In this document: positions 17,183-26,270 of the stretch, one piece after another
How the letters are laid out: each line of letters begins with the position of its first letter
Position numbering within the stretch: position 1 is the first letter of the stretch
NCBI GenBank assembly: GCA_007135935.1
Contig: SLIA01000021.1
Location: 1 to 51,099 of the forward strand
Origin: Wenzhouxiangella sp.
GTDB lineage: Bacteria > Pseudomonadota > Gammaproteobacteria > Xanthomonadales > Wenzhouxiangellaceae
Direction of reading: 5' to 3'
DNA length: 51,099 bases
Notes under the pieces: model-generated
Seen by the model: only the letters and a program-made list of their open reading frames with translations
Told to the model about the DNA's origin: nothing
Databases searched by the model: none
Translations under genes and position numbers: made by a program

Positions 17183-18085
17183 ATGAGTCTCGAACCCGCC
17201 GTGCGCGAACGCATTGAACAGCAGATCGCCTCCCATCGCTATGTTCTCTACATGAAGGGCAGCCCGAAAATGCCGCAGTGCGGTTTCTCCGCGCGCGTGG
17301 CCGGCATGCTCGACCAGTTGCTCGAGGGCGACTATGCCGCCTACAACGTGCTCGAGGACGAGTCCATCCGCGAGGGCATCAAGGTGTTCGGCAACTGGCC
17401 GACCATCCCCCAGCTTTATGTCAATGGCGAGCTGGTCGGTGGCTGCGACATCATTACCGAGATGTTCAATTCCGGCGAGCTGCACGAGATGTTCGGCCTG
17501 GAAAAACCCGACCGCACCCCGCCTGAGATCGAAATCACCGACAAGGCGGCCGAGAAGATCCGCGAGTTTCTCGACGCCTATCCCGGCAACCACCTGCATT
17601 TTGCCATTGACTCGGGCTGGGACGCCCAGTTCCAGGTCGGTCCGAAGCAGGGCCATGAGATCGAAACCGAGGCCGCCGGTATCACGGTGCTGATGGATCT
17701 GGCCTCCGCCCAGCGTGCCAAAGGCGCGAAGATCGACTGGGTCGAAAGCGTGCAGGGCGAAGGACTGAAGCTCGACCTCCCGGGTGCGCCGGCACCGGTC
17801 AAGCAGATGAGCCCGGCCGAGTTGCAGGAGCGCTTGAACTCGGGCGAACGCCTGCTGGTGATCGACACCCGTTCGGAGGCCAATCGGGCCGACAAGCCGC
17901 TGGACTTCGCCCGTCCGCTGGATGCCGACCTGATGGCCGAGCTCAAGGACGGCGATCCCAACCAGCCGCTGGTGTTCGTGTGCGATGTCGGCGTGACCAG
18001 CCAGCAGTACGCCGAGCATTACCGCAAGCAGGGCTACACCCAGGTTTACAACCTCGAGGGCGGTGCCGCCGCCATCGTAGGCTGA
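17183..18085 (+). CDS. grxD: Monothiol glutaredoxin Grx4 fused to an IscA/HesB-like domain and a rhodanese domain
   Basis: PQCGFS and WPTIPQLY...GGCDI; middle IEITDKAA...IDWVES..GEGL segment; C-terminal LVIDTR...LVFVC...VYNLEGG. Confidence 0.9.
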   Translation: MSLEPAVRERIEQQIASHRYVLYMKGSPKMPQCGFSARVAGMLDQLLEGDYAAYNVLEDESIREGIKVFGNWPTIPQLYVNGELVGGCDIITEMFNSGELHEMFGLEKPDRTPPEIEITDKAAEKIREFLDAYPGNHLHFAIDSGWDAQFQVGPKQGHEIETEAAGITVLMDLASAQRAKGAKIDWVESVQGEGLKLDLPGAPAPVKQMSPAELQERLNSGERLLVIDTRSEANRADKPLDFARPLDADLMAELKDGDPNQPLVFVCDVGVTSQQYAEHYRKQGYTQVYNLEGGAAAIVG

Positions 18086-18092
18086 AGGCGGC

Positions 18093-19577
18093 GTGGCAAT
18101 CCCTCCCGGCGTGATCCCGAAACCGGTCTGGGCGGCGCTATTGCTGTCCATTCTGGTCGCCTGCTCAGCCGACGAGAAGGTGACCGAACCTCAACCGGAG
18201 GCCGACGAGGACGTTGACGAGCTGGTCGAACTGGCCGATCCGTTGATCGGACGCTGGAGCGGGGATCTCGACGGCATGGTCGAGCGCCGCCAGATTCGCG
18301 TGCTGGTGCCTTACAGCCGGACCTTCTATTTTCTCGACGAGCGCGGCAGCCAGCGCGGATTGTCCTACGAGTTCATGGAAGCCTTCGAGGACTTTCTCAA
18401 TGACAAGCTGGGGCGCGGTCACCAGCGCGTCAACGTCATCTACGTCCCGGTCACCCGTGATCGCCTGATTCCGTGGTTGCGCGACGGCCGGGGCGATGTG
18501 ATCGCCGCGAACCTGACGGTCACGCCCACGCGCCAGCGCCAGGTGTTGTTCAGCCGACCGTGGTCGCGCGGCATCGACGAGGTGCTGGTTTCCGGTCCCT
18601 CGGCCGAGCCGGTCGAAACCATCGACGATTTGGCCGGACGCACTATCTACGTTAGACCGCACAGCAGCTACTTCGAAAGTCTGGAACGGCTCAATCGCCG
18701 CTTTTCGCAGCGTGGCCTGCCGCGCATGCGACTGGAACCGGCGCCGGGCCACTTCGAGACCGGAGACGTGCTGGAAATGGTCGCCGCCGGCCTTGTCGAC
18801 CACGCGGTCGCAGACGACTACCTGGCACAGCTGTGGAATCAGGCCCTGCCCGATCTGGAGGTGCACGAGGACATCGTGCTGCGCGAAGGGGGCGAGATGG
18901 CATTTGCCGTGCACCCGGACAGCACGCAGTTGAAAGGGGTGCTCGACGAGTTTCTCGCCACCCATCGTGCCGGCACGCTGTTTGGCAACGTCACATTCCG
19001 GCGCTATCTGGAAGATACCCGCTGGGTACTGGAAGACGGGCGCGAGGAGGCCGTGGCTCGCTTTGCCGGCATGGCCAGGATCTTCCGCGATTACGGCCGG
19101 GAATACGACCTGGACTGGCTGATGCTGATCGCGCAGGCCTACCAGGAATCCCGGCTGGACCAGTCGGCGCGTTCCCCGGCCGGCGCCATCGGCGTGATGC
19201 AGCTGCTGCCGGCCACCGGTGCCGAGATGGGCGTTGGCGACATCACCGAACTGGAAAACAACATCCATGCCGGTGCGCGCTACGTGCGCTGGATGATCGA
19301 CCGTTACTACGCCCAGGCCCCGATGGACGAAGACAACAAGCTGCTGTTTGCGCTGGCCTCCTACAACGCCGGGCCGCGGCGCGTGCGCGAAATGCGGCGC
19401 GAAGCCGAACGCACCGGGCTAGATCCCAACGAATGGTTCGACAACGTCGAAACCATCGCCGCCCGGGTCATCGGCCGTGAAACGGTGCAGTACGTCTCCA
19501 ACATCTACAAGTACTACATCGCCTTTCAGTTGATCAGCCGGCAGCAGGTACTGGAAGTGCCGCTGATCGACGCCTGA
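18093..19577 (+). CDS. mltF: MltF-family lytic transglycosylase (periplasmic binding domain + SLT domain), lipoprotein
   Basis: Lipobox LVAC; GRGDVIAANLTVT; AQAYQESRL, GAIGVMQLLPAT, LASYNAG, ETVQYV SLT motifs. Confidence 0.88.
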   Translation: MAIPPGVIPKPVWAALLLSILVACSADEKVTEPQPEADEDVDELVELADPLIGRWSGDLDGMVERRQIRVLVPYSRTFYFLDERGSQRGLSYEFMEAFEDFLNDKLGRGHQRVNVIYVPVTRDRLIPWLRDGRGDVIAANLTVTPTRQRQVLFSRPWSRGIDEVLVSGPSAEPVETIDDLAGRTIYVRPHSSYFESLERLNRRFSQRGLPRMRLEPAPGHFETGDVLEMVAAGLVDHAVADDYLAQLWNQALPDLEVHEDIVLREGGEMAFAVHPDSTQLKGVLDEFLATHRAGTLFGNVTFRRYLEDTRWVLEDGREEAVARFAGMARIFRDYGREYDLDWLMLIAQAYQESRLDQSARSPAGAIGVMQLLPATGAEMGVGDITELENNIHAGARYVRWMIDRYYAQAPMDEDNKLLFALASYNAGPRRVREMRREAERTGLDPNEWFDNVETIAARVIGRETVQYVSNIYKYYIAFQLISRQQVLEVPLIDA

Positions 19578-19602
19578 GCAGGCATTTGTCCGGGGCTAAC
19601 GG

Positions 19603-22600
19603 CTACTGAGCCGACAGGTCGCAGGCAAGATCGGACAACCGCGTCAGCCGCCGGGCCTGCATCTGGCCGGATTCGAATCCCGGCAGGTCCGATTCGAATT
19701 GCACTTCGGCCCGCAGGCAGTCTTCGAAGTGGAATTCCAGCCTGCCCCAGGGCAGGAATTCGATATCGCTGCCGATGAAGTCCTGGCCGAACGAGGTGCC
19801 GCTGGTAATGGTCATCTCTTCAAACAGCAGCTCCGGGCCGTCGATGTGGCCTTCGCCAATCATCCAGACCTGCTCTCCCCCGTCGTCGTAGGCGTACCAG
19901 ACGGCGACCACGCGCTCCGGGCCGACTTCCTGCAGAAACCAGCCCTGGCCATCGCGTTCCGGGTCGTACCACTGGCCGCTGATGCCCGGCGCTTCCCTGA
20001 CCGCGGCCAGACCGGTGCTGCCGCAGGGAATGCCGGCAATCGCGGCCAGGCGGACGAAATCGTGCCCGCCCGATACGGAGTAGAGGTCGCTCTCGTAGCT
20101 CAAGCGGCCATGGTTGCAGTGATCGAACACGATCTCGATCCGCCCCCAGGGCAGCAGTTCCAGGTTGCCTTCGGCGAAGCCGGCCGCCGGATCGAGCATG
20201 CGCGGGGCGACGACATCGTCGAACAGGATGCGGCCACCTTCAATCCGGCCCAGGCCGACGACCCAGGCCTGCTCGCCATGATCGGCGTTGGCCGGCGGAT
20301 AGGTGAACCAGCTCAGCGTGGCGCGCTCGTCATCCAGTACTTCCAGCAACCAGCCCTCGCCCGAGCGATCGGCAACGAAATAATGGCCACTGTGACCGGC
20401 ATGAACCTGGTCGAGCACGGGCGCGAATCGCAGGCTTTCGGGTTGGTCGAGCTGATTACCCTGGATCAGGGTTTCGATGAATTCGCCGGACTGGCCGTCA
20501 AAGCGCAGGATGGCGTTGTTGTTGCGGCTGGCGACATACAGATCGCCATTGGGAGCAAACGCCAGCGCGCGGGCGAAATCCAGCCCTCCGGCACCGGCGC
20601 TGACGAAAGTGCCTTCCAGCCGGTTGGTGTTGACGTTGTAGCGCAATACGTTGTTGGCGCGGCCGTTGGCTACATACAGCCTGCCGTCGGGGCCGAAGGC
20701 CATGTCGCGCGGGTCGATGACATGGCCGTTGTCGGGCCGGGCAACGTCGTCCATGCGCAGGCCCGTGGCCATGTGGAAGGCCATGATGCGATTCCGGCGC
20801 GCCTCGGCGACGTAGAGGATGTTCGACTGCTCGGCGAAGGCGCGCAGCGGCAGATCGACCACCTGGTTCCAGGTGTTCGGCTCCGTGGTGGGCGAGCTGG
20901 CGCCGACGCGTGCGTTGATCTGCCAGCCATCGGCGTGATAGCGCTCGACGATGTCGTCGCCGAGCACTGCGAGTTGGCCGTTGGACAACCAGCCCAGGGC
21001 GCGCGGAAAGGAGCTCTGCAAATCACGCGGCTGCGGCAGTTGCGAGGTCAGAAATACGTCGATCAGCCGCCCGCTCAGGCGATCGAAGCGCCGCACGTCG
21101 CCGGAGGCAAGCAGGTAGACACGCCCTTCCTCATCGACATCGATGTCCGAGAACTCGGTCAGCACCAGACCGGCATCGACCGGCTCGGGCTCGGCAACCA
21201 CGGCCCGGAATCGCCCATCGGGTGCATACGACAGGACACGATCGTTGCCGCTGCTGACAATCAGCAGTTCCCAGTGCTCATCGGACTGTGGAGTGGTCAA
21301 CTCACGTGGTGAAAAGACCAGCGGTGGTTCGGTCTCGGGGGGTACTTCGCCGTCATGGGGGTCGAAGGGGTAGGGGTCTTCCCAGTCACTGACCCCGTCG
21401 CCGTCGCTGTCGGGGTCGGACGGCGCGGGTCGCTCCCCCATGCCCGGGATGGTCTGCGTGGCGTAGCCGGCAACAATCGGGGCAAGTTCGGTGAGCTGGC
21501 GGGCATTGTCGGCCCGCTCACCGTGCCGGAGCGATCCGCAGGGCTCACCGGCACAGAGAATGTCCGGATTGGAAAAGACATCCAGGCGATAGTAGCGATT
21601 GGGATCGCCGGTGCCGAAACTGCCCATGACGGTATGGAAGCGGCCCGGGCGCACGAAGCCGTAGTTGTAGTCGGCGGGATTGTCGGTGGAGGCCGCGCCG
21701 CGCTGGTGTTCGGCGCCCAGGTTGTGGCCCAGTTCGTGGGTGAACACGGCATCGGAGCAGATCGACCAGTTGCTGGCACCGTCATTGTCGATGTGCACGC
21801 CGAAGACAGGATCGGCGTTGCCCTGATCGTCGAACTGCGGGAAATAGGCGATACCACAGGAGCCCCGTGTCTCGATGTCGTGCGGCCAGGTCAGGGCGAC
21901 GATATCGGCGCCGTAGGTCTGGCGGTCGGCGCGCACGCCCGACAGCCCGGGCACGCCCTGTCCGGCCATGGCGCGGGCCAGATCCTGCAGGGCGGCCGAG
22001 TTGTGACGGTGACGCGTGTAATCGACCGGGCGGTGGTGTACCAGGCGCACCACGATGGGGATCAGGGAATCCACCATGGCCTGGTTGGCGATGGTGACGA
22101 GATGATTCAGGCGCGTGTCGATCAGCTCACCCGGGTAGCGTTCGAGCATGTCGGGTGTGTAGATGAACATGACATCGATCTGATGCAGGTCCGAGTGCTG
22201 TTGCGGCGCGGCATGATCGGTTTCGGCGGCCTCGGCCGGGGCGAATGCCTCTTGCGTCGCGCCGGCTGCGAGGTGCATGGCCGTCGCCTCGCCCAGGGTG
22301 TCGTTGTGGAAGCTGTCCACTTCCAGCCGATCGTCGTTGAGATCGAACAGCCAGCTTCCGCTGGCGTCGCTGTGGACCAGAAACAGGCCGTCGTCGGTCG
22401 TGATGCGTGCGAACAGGCCGGAACTGCCCACCGTGAGGGTGGCGCGGTCAAGTGAGTGCCCGGCGCCTCTTACATGGACACTCCAGTCGCCATTGGCATG
22501 CTCGAACGTGCCGTGTACCTGGCCGTCGAGGCTGCGCCCGCCGGGCAGGGGCAGACTCAATGTGGTGCCGGAGTCGGGGTCGGGCAGGGTCAGCGAATCG

Positions 22601-22830
22601 GGATCGAGTCGGTGGACCCGTTCGGCCGGCAGGTTGTCGAACCCGGAACCACCGGGGCCGGTCAGCCCAGCGAGGTCGTCAAGCGGCTCGAGCTGCCAGA
22701 GCCTGGCCGGATCAGGAGCGGCAGGGGATTGATCCGCCGACGGCAGCGTCGCCGCCCAGAACCAGGCCAGGGCAGCCAGGCCGAGCATGGCCACCAGGAG
22801 TCCGGAAAAGCTGGCGACGCGGTTGATCAT
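19603..22830 (-). CDS. Large exported metzincin (M12/reprolysin-like) metalloprotease with Ca-binding motif, beta-propeller and two repeated C-terminal domains
   Basis: N-terminal hydrophobic segment; HELGHNLGAEH zinc motif with Met-turn HTVMG; DSDGDGVSD; repeated AFGPDGRLYVA/AFAPNGDLYVA blades; duplicated SGxxxxxxRxGxGW domains. Confidence 0.85.
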   Translation of the reverse strand: MINRVASFSGLLVAMLGLAALAWFWAATLPSADQSPAAPDPARLWQLEPLDDLAGLTGPGGSGFDNLPAERVHRLDPDSLTLPDPDSGTTLSLPLPGGRSLDGQVHGTFEHANGDWSVHVRGAGHSLDRATLTVGSSGLFARITTDDGLFLVHSDASGSWLFDLNDDRLEVDSFHNDTLGEATAMHLAAGATQEAFAPAEAAETDHAAPQQHSDLHQIDVMFIYTPDMLERYPGELIDTRLNHLVTIANQAMVDSLIPIVVRLVHHRPVDYTRHRHNSAALQDLARAMAGQGVPGLSGVRADRQTYGADIVALTWPHDIETRGSCGIAYFPQFDDQGNADPVFGVHIDNDGASNWSICSDAVFTHELGHNLGAEHQRGAASTDNPADYNYGFVRPGRFHTVMGSFGTGDPNRYYRLDVFSNPDILCAGEPCGSLRHGERADNARQLTELAPIVAGYATQTIPGMGERPAPSDPDSDGDGVSDWEDPYPFDPHDGEVPPETEPPLVFSPRELTTPQSDEHWELLIVSSGNDRVLSYAPDGRFRAVVAEPEPVDAGLVLTEFSDIDVDEEGRVYLLASGDVRRFDRLSGRLIDVFLTSQLPQPRDLQSSFPRALGWLSNGQLAVLGDDIVERYHADGWQINARVGASSPTTEPNTWNQVVDLPLRAFAEQSNILYVAEARRNRIMAFHMATGLRMDDVARPDNGHVIDPRDMAFGPDGRLYVANGRANNVLRYNVNTNRLEGTFVSAGAGGLDFARALAFAPNGDLYVASRNNNAILRFDGQSGEFIETLIQGNQLDQPESLRFAPVLDQVHAGHSGHYFVADRSGEGWLLEVLDDERATLSWFTYPPANADHGEQAWVVGLGRIEGGRILFDDVVAPRMLDPAAGFAEGNLELLPWGRIEIVFDHCNHGRLSYESDLYSVSGGHDFVRLAAIAGIPCGSTGLAAVREAPGISGQWYDPERDGQGWFLQEVGPERVVAVWYAYDDGGEQVWMIGEGHIDGPELLFEEMTITSGTSFGQDFIGSDIEFLPWGRLEFHFEDCLRAEVQFESDLPGFESGQMQARRLTRLSDLACDLSAQ

Positions 22831-22906
22831 CGCTCAAATATAGCAGATGCCACTTCAAGAGCATCTGCAGGCGGCTTCTTCGTTCAGGGGATCGACGGTG
22901 TCCACC

Positions 22907-22938
22907 AAGAAAAAGCCCGCCCTGGATTCAGGGCGGGC
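22907..22938 (-). terminator. Rho-independent terminator of the Ig-repeat adhesin gene
   Basis: 10-bp stem GCCCGCCCTG/CAGGGCGGGC with 4-nt loop, followed by TTTTTCTT on the minus strand. Confidence 0.85.
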
Positions 22939-22965
22939 CTTGTGTGGAGTTTCCCGGATCGTCGA

Positions 22966-25900
22966 TCAGGGTTGTTGCTCGAAGCGATCATGGAAAATGC
23001 CGTCATCGCCAAAGAGGATCGTGGCGCTGCCGGCGATGGGTTCGCCGTTGAGTGTGCCGGTGACGGTGGCCGTACCTGGTGTAGCCGGCGCGGTCAGCAC
23101 GGCGGAGTAGGTGCCGTCGCCGTTGTCGGTGACGGTGGCTCCCAGCGTGCCCAGCGTGGTGTGGATTTCGACGATATCGCCGCCGGTACCCACGGGATTG
23201 CCGTCGGTGTCGTTGACTTCGACGGTGATCAGGCTGGTGGCGCTGCCGTCGGCCGGGAGCTGGTCGGGGTCGGCGCTGATGGTCGACTGGCCGGGATCGC
23301 CGATGACCGTGGACGTGAACTCGACGATGGCCGACTGGCTCATCGACTGACCGTTGAGGGTGCCGGTGACTTCGGCGAGCCCGGCAACGGAGCCGGTCAG
23401 CTCGGCACTGTAAGTGCCATCGCCATGATCGGTCACCGGACCGAGGTCGCCGAGCGTGGAAGCCAGCTCGACGGTGTCGCCGCCGCTGCCGATGGGGTTG
23501 CCCCAGGCATCGCGGGTTTCGACATGAATGGTGGCGATGTCGTCACCGTCGGCAAGCACGAGACTGGGCTGGGCCCACAGCAGGCTGGCTTCGGCATCGG
23601 CGTCCCCGCCGGAGTCGCTGACGAACTCCACCTCGACACTCATGCTCATGGGCTGGCCGTTGATCATGGCAGTGATTGTGGCGGTTTCCTCGACCGTGGA
23701 GCTGGTCAGCATGGTCGTGTAGGTACCGTCACCGTGATCGGTTACCGAACTCGAGAGCGTACCGGCGGTGGTGGCCACGCTGATCTCGTCGCCGCCGCTG
23801 CCGGTGGGATCGCCTGCGGCGTTGCGGGCGGTGATGGTGATGAGCGCCTGCGCACTGCCGTTGGCGGTGATCTGGGCCGGTACCGCGTCGATCAGCGAGG
23901 TATCGGGGTCGGCTGCCGAGGGATCGAAGAAGGTGATCTCGGTTTCCATGCCGATGGGTTCGCCATTGAGCGTACCGGTGACGGTGGCCGTACCTGGTGT
24001 GGTCGGCGCGGTCAGCACGGCGGTGTAGGTGCCGTCGCCATTGTCGGTGACGGTGGTGCCCAGCGTGCCCAGCGTGGTTTCGATGGCGATATTGTCACCG
24101 CCGGAGGTCAGTGGCTCGCCGTTGGCGTCGAAAGCCTCAACGGTAATGAGGGCGGTGGAGGTGCCGTCGGCCGGCACCATGTCCGGATCGGCACTGATGG
24201 TTGACTGACCGGCGTCGGCTTCGATGTCGCTGGCGAATTCAACGACAACGGGCTGGCCGATGGGTTCGCCGTTGAGCGTGCCCGTCACCAGGCCCAATCC
24301 AGGGGAAGTCGGGCTGAACAGGGTCGCCGTGTAGGTGCCGTCGCCATGGTCGGTGACCATGCCCAGCATGCCCAGCGTGGTGGTCAGTTCGACAGTGTCG
24401 CCGCCGCTGCCGATGGGGTTGCCCCAGGCATCGCGGGCTTCGACGGTGATCAGTGCAGTACTCAGGCCGTCGGGATCGACAACGGTCGGGGTAGCCCACA
24501 GCAGGGAGGCTCTGGCGTCGGCGTCACCACCGGTGTCGGCGACAAAGTCGACCACGGCGGTGTCGCTCATCATCTGACCGTCGAGCATGGCGGTAATGGT
24601 GGCCGTTTCCTCGGTGGTCGAACTGGTCAACAGCGTGGTATAGGTGCCATCGCCATGGTCGATGATGGTGCTGGACAGTTCACCGGCCGTCGTGTCGAGC
24701 TCGATCTCGGCGCCGCCGCTGCCGATCGGGTCGCCGGCGGTGTTGCGTGCAGTGATCGTGATGATGGCCTGCGAGGTGCCATTGGCGGTGATGGCCGTCG
24801 GGTAGGCATCGAGATCGCTGGTGTCGGGGTCGGCAGCATCGGGGTCGAAGAAAATCACTGTGTCGGACTGCCCCACCAGATCGCCCTCGATCGTGCCGGT
24901 AATTTCGGCCTCGCCTGGTGTAGTCGCGCTGACAGTCGCGGTGTAAGTGCCATTGTCGTTGTCGTTGACCGGTCCGACCGAGCCGTGCGTTGAGAGGATT
25001 TCGACGTCGGAACCACCGACTCCGAGATTGTTTCCGAACGCGTCGCGGGCTTGTATGGTCACCACCGCGGTCGAGCTGCCATCGGCCGGCACCAGGTTGG
25101 GGTCGGCCCACAACAATGACAACGAGGCGTCAGGCTCGCTGCCTTCGTCAACGACGAAATCGACGACTGCCATGTCAGTGATGGGTTCGCCATTGATGGT
25201 GCCGGTGATTTCGGCCGCTTCCGGCGTGGTCGATGCAGTGAGCGTGGCGGTGTAGGTGCCGTCGCCGTTATCTGTGACTGGCGACAGGGTGCCGGCGGTG
25301 GTTGACAGTTCGACAGTGTCCTCCCCGCCGGGAATGGGCTCGTCGAGCCCATCGCGCGCCTCGACGGTGATCGATGCGGTGGCTTCGCCGTTGGCCGTGA
25401 TGGCAGTTGGCAGGGCCGTGATGAGGCTGTTTTCCGCGCGTGCCTCGAGCACGAATGCATAGTTGACCCGGTAGATGGAAAATACCGAGAGGACCGAGGC
25501 GGCCTGGTAGCAGATCTCGTCGAACGGTTGGGTGAATTCACCGACGACGTTCTGGTTGCCGCCGATACCGATCAGCGTTGTCAGGAAGCTCGCGCCTGAA
25601 AGTGACTCCTGTACCTGGCCGTCCAGGCGGGAGATCAGTGTGGTGCCTTCGACAAGCGCAGCCACCCCGTCATTGAGACTGGCCACGTAACCGGCCCGCC
25701 GCCCGGCAGGAATAATCCGGTTGGCGCCGACGCAGGCATAGGTGGAGCCGGCCACGCCTACCGGCAGCGACATCGTGGTCTGGGTAGAGAGATTGTCATC
25801 GACAAGGTTGTCGACATCGGAAATCGAGCACAGCAGACAGACGCCGTTGATGCCGGAGTCGGTGACTTCCGCATCGTTACTGGATATGAACGGCGTCTCG

Positions 25901-25995
25901 GCAACAGCCATCGAAATGCTGAACATCAAACAAAGTATTGCACCGGCAGTTTGGCCAATGGCCCGAAACCAGTAATTGAGTGACAGACACTGCAT
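22966..25995 (-). CDS. Secreted adhesin-like protein with 8 invasin/intimin-type Ig-like (Big_1/Invasin D3-like) repeats
   Basis: Signal-like N-terminus; eight ~100-aa repeats with ANG/ADG...RD..G...VTD(N/H)GDGTY(T/S); terminal DDGIFHDRFE; GGAGG SD upstream of ATG 25995. Confidence 0.88.
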   Translation of the reverse strand: MQCLSLNYWFRAIGQTAGAILCLMFSISMAVAETPFISSNDAEVTDSGINGVCLLCSISDVDNLVDDNLSTQTTMSLPVGVAGSTYACVGANRIIPAGRRAGYVASLNDGVAALVEGTTLISRLDGQVQESLSGASFLTTLIGIGGNQNVVGEFTQPFDEICYQAASVLSVFSIYRVNYAFVLEARAENSLITALPTAITANGEATASITVEARDGLDEPIPGGEDTVELSTTAGTLSPVTDNGDGTYTATLTASTTPEAAEITGTINGEPITDMAVVDFVVDEGSEPDASLSLLWADPNLVPADGSSTAVVTIQARDAFGNNLGVGGSDVEILSTHGSVGPVNDNDNGTYTATVSATTPGEAEITGTIEGDLVGQSDTVIFFDPDAADPDTSDLDAYPTAITANGTSQAIITITARNTAGDPIGSGGAEIELDTTAGELSSTIIDHGDGTYTTLLTSSTTEETATITAMLDGQMMSDTAVVDFVADTGGDADARASLLWATPTVVDPDGLSTALITVEARDAWGNPIGSGGDTVELTTTLGMLGMVTDHGDGTYTATLFSPTSPGLGLVTGTLNGEPIGQPVVVEFASDIEADAGQSTISADPDMVPADGTSTALITVEAFDANGEPLTSGGDNIAIETTLGTLGTTVTDNGDGTYTAVLTAPTTPGTATVTGTLNGEPIGMETEITFFDPSAADPDTSLIDAVPAQITANGSAQALITITARNAAGDPTGSGGDEISVATTAGTLSSSVTDHGDGTYTTMLTSSTVEETATITAMINGQPMSMSVEVEFVSDSGGDADAEASLLWAQPSLVLADGDDIATIHVETRDAWGNPIGSGGDTVELASTLGDLGPVTDHGDGTYSAELTGSVAGLAEVTGTLNGQSMSQSAIVEFTSTVIGDPGQSTISADPDQLPADGSATSLITVEVNDTDGNPVGTGGDIVEIHTTLGTLGATVTDNGDGTYSAVLTAPATPGTATVTGTLNGEPIAGSATILFGDDGIFHDRFEQQP

Positions 25996-26056
25996 GAGAT
26001 GAAATCCCTCCACTGGAAATTTGAATGCACTTGAATTAGGTGAAACCCCTAGCTGC

Positions 26057-26086
26057 ATCCTATGTGAAGGAGGTGTGAAGAGTCAA
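26057..26086 (-). promoter_or_regulatory. Putative sigma70 promoter of the adhesin gene
   Basis: TTGACT-N18-TAGGAT on the minus strand in an AT-rich region; TGTGAAG direct repeat (11-bp period) in the spacer. Confidence 0.55.
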
Positions 26087-26270
26087 CTGTTGCTAATAAA
26101 GGAATATTTGAAGTGCCTGGCGTCTGGCTGCTTCAGTTAAATGCCGTCTCGGGCGGTTGATGTTCGTGATTGGTTTGTATTGGACTCAAACGAGGGGAGG
26201 TAACGGGCCTTGGTCGATCCCTTGTTTCCGGCTGGTGAGCACGGTCAATTTCAATTGTGGCGATACCCGG

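Noticed and set aside
17011-17214. N-terminal extension of GltB in the ORF track
   Set aside because: Overlaps the divergent grxD start; similarity to GltB begins just before ERDSCGFG
25996-26058. Upstream ATG for the adhesin
   Set aside because: Falls within the predicted -10 element; ATG 25995 has a GGAGG SD
19603-26270. Genomic island or mobile element around the two large secreted proteins
   Set aside because: No integrase, transposase, tRNA or flanking direct repeats seen; the compositional shift is limited to the adhesin 5' region
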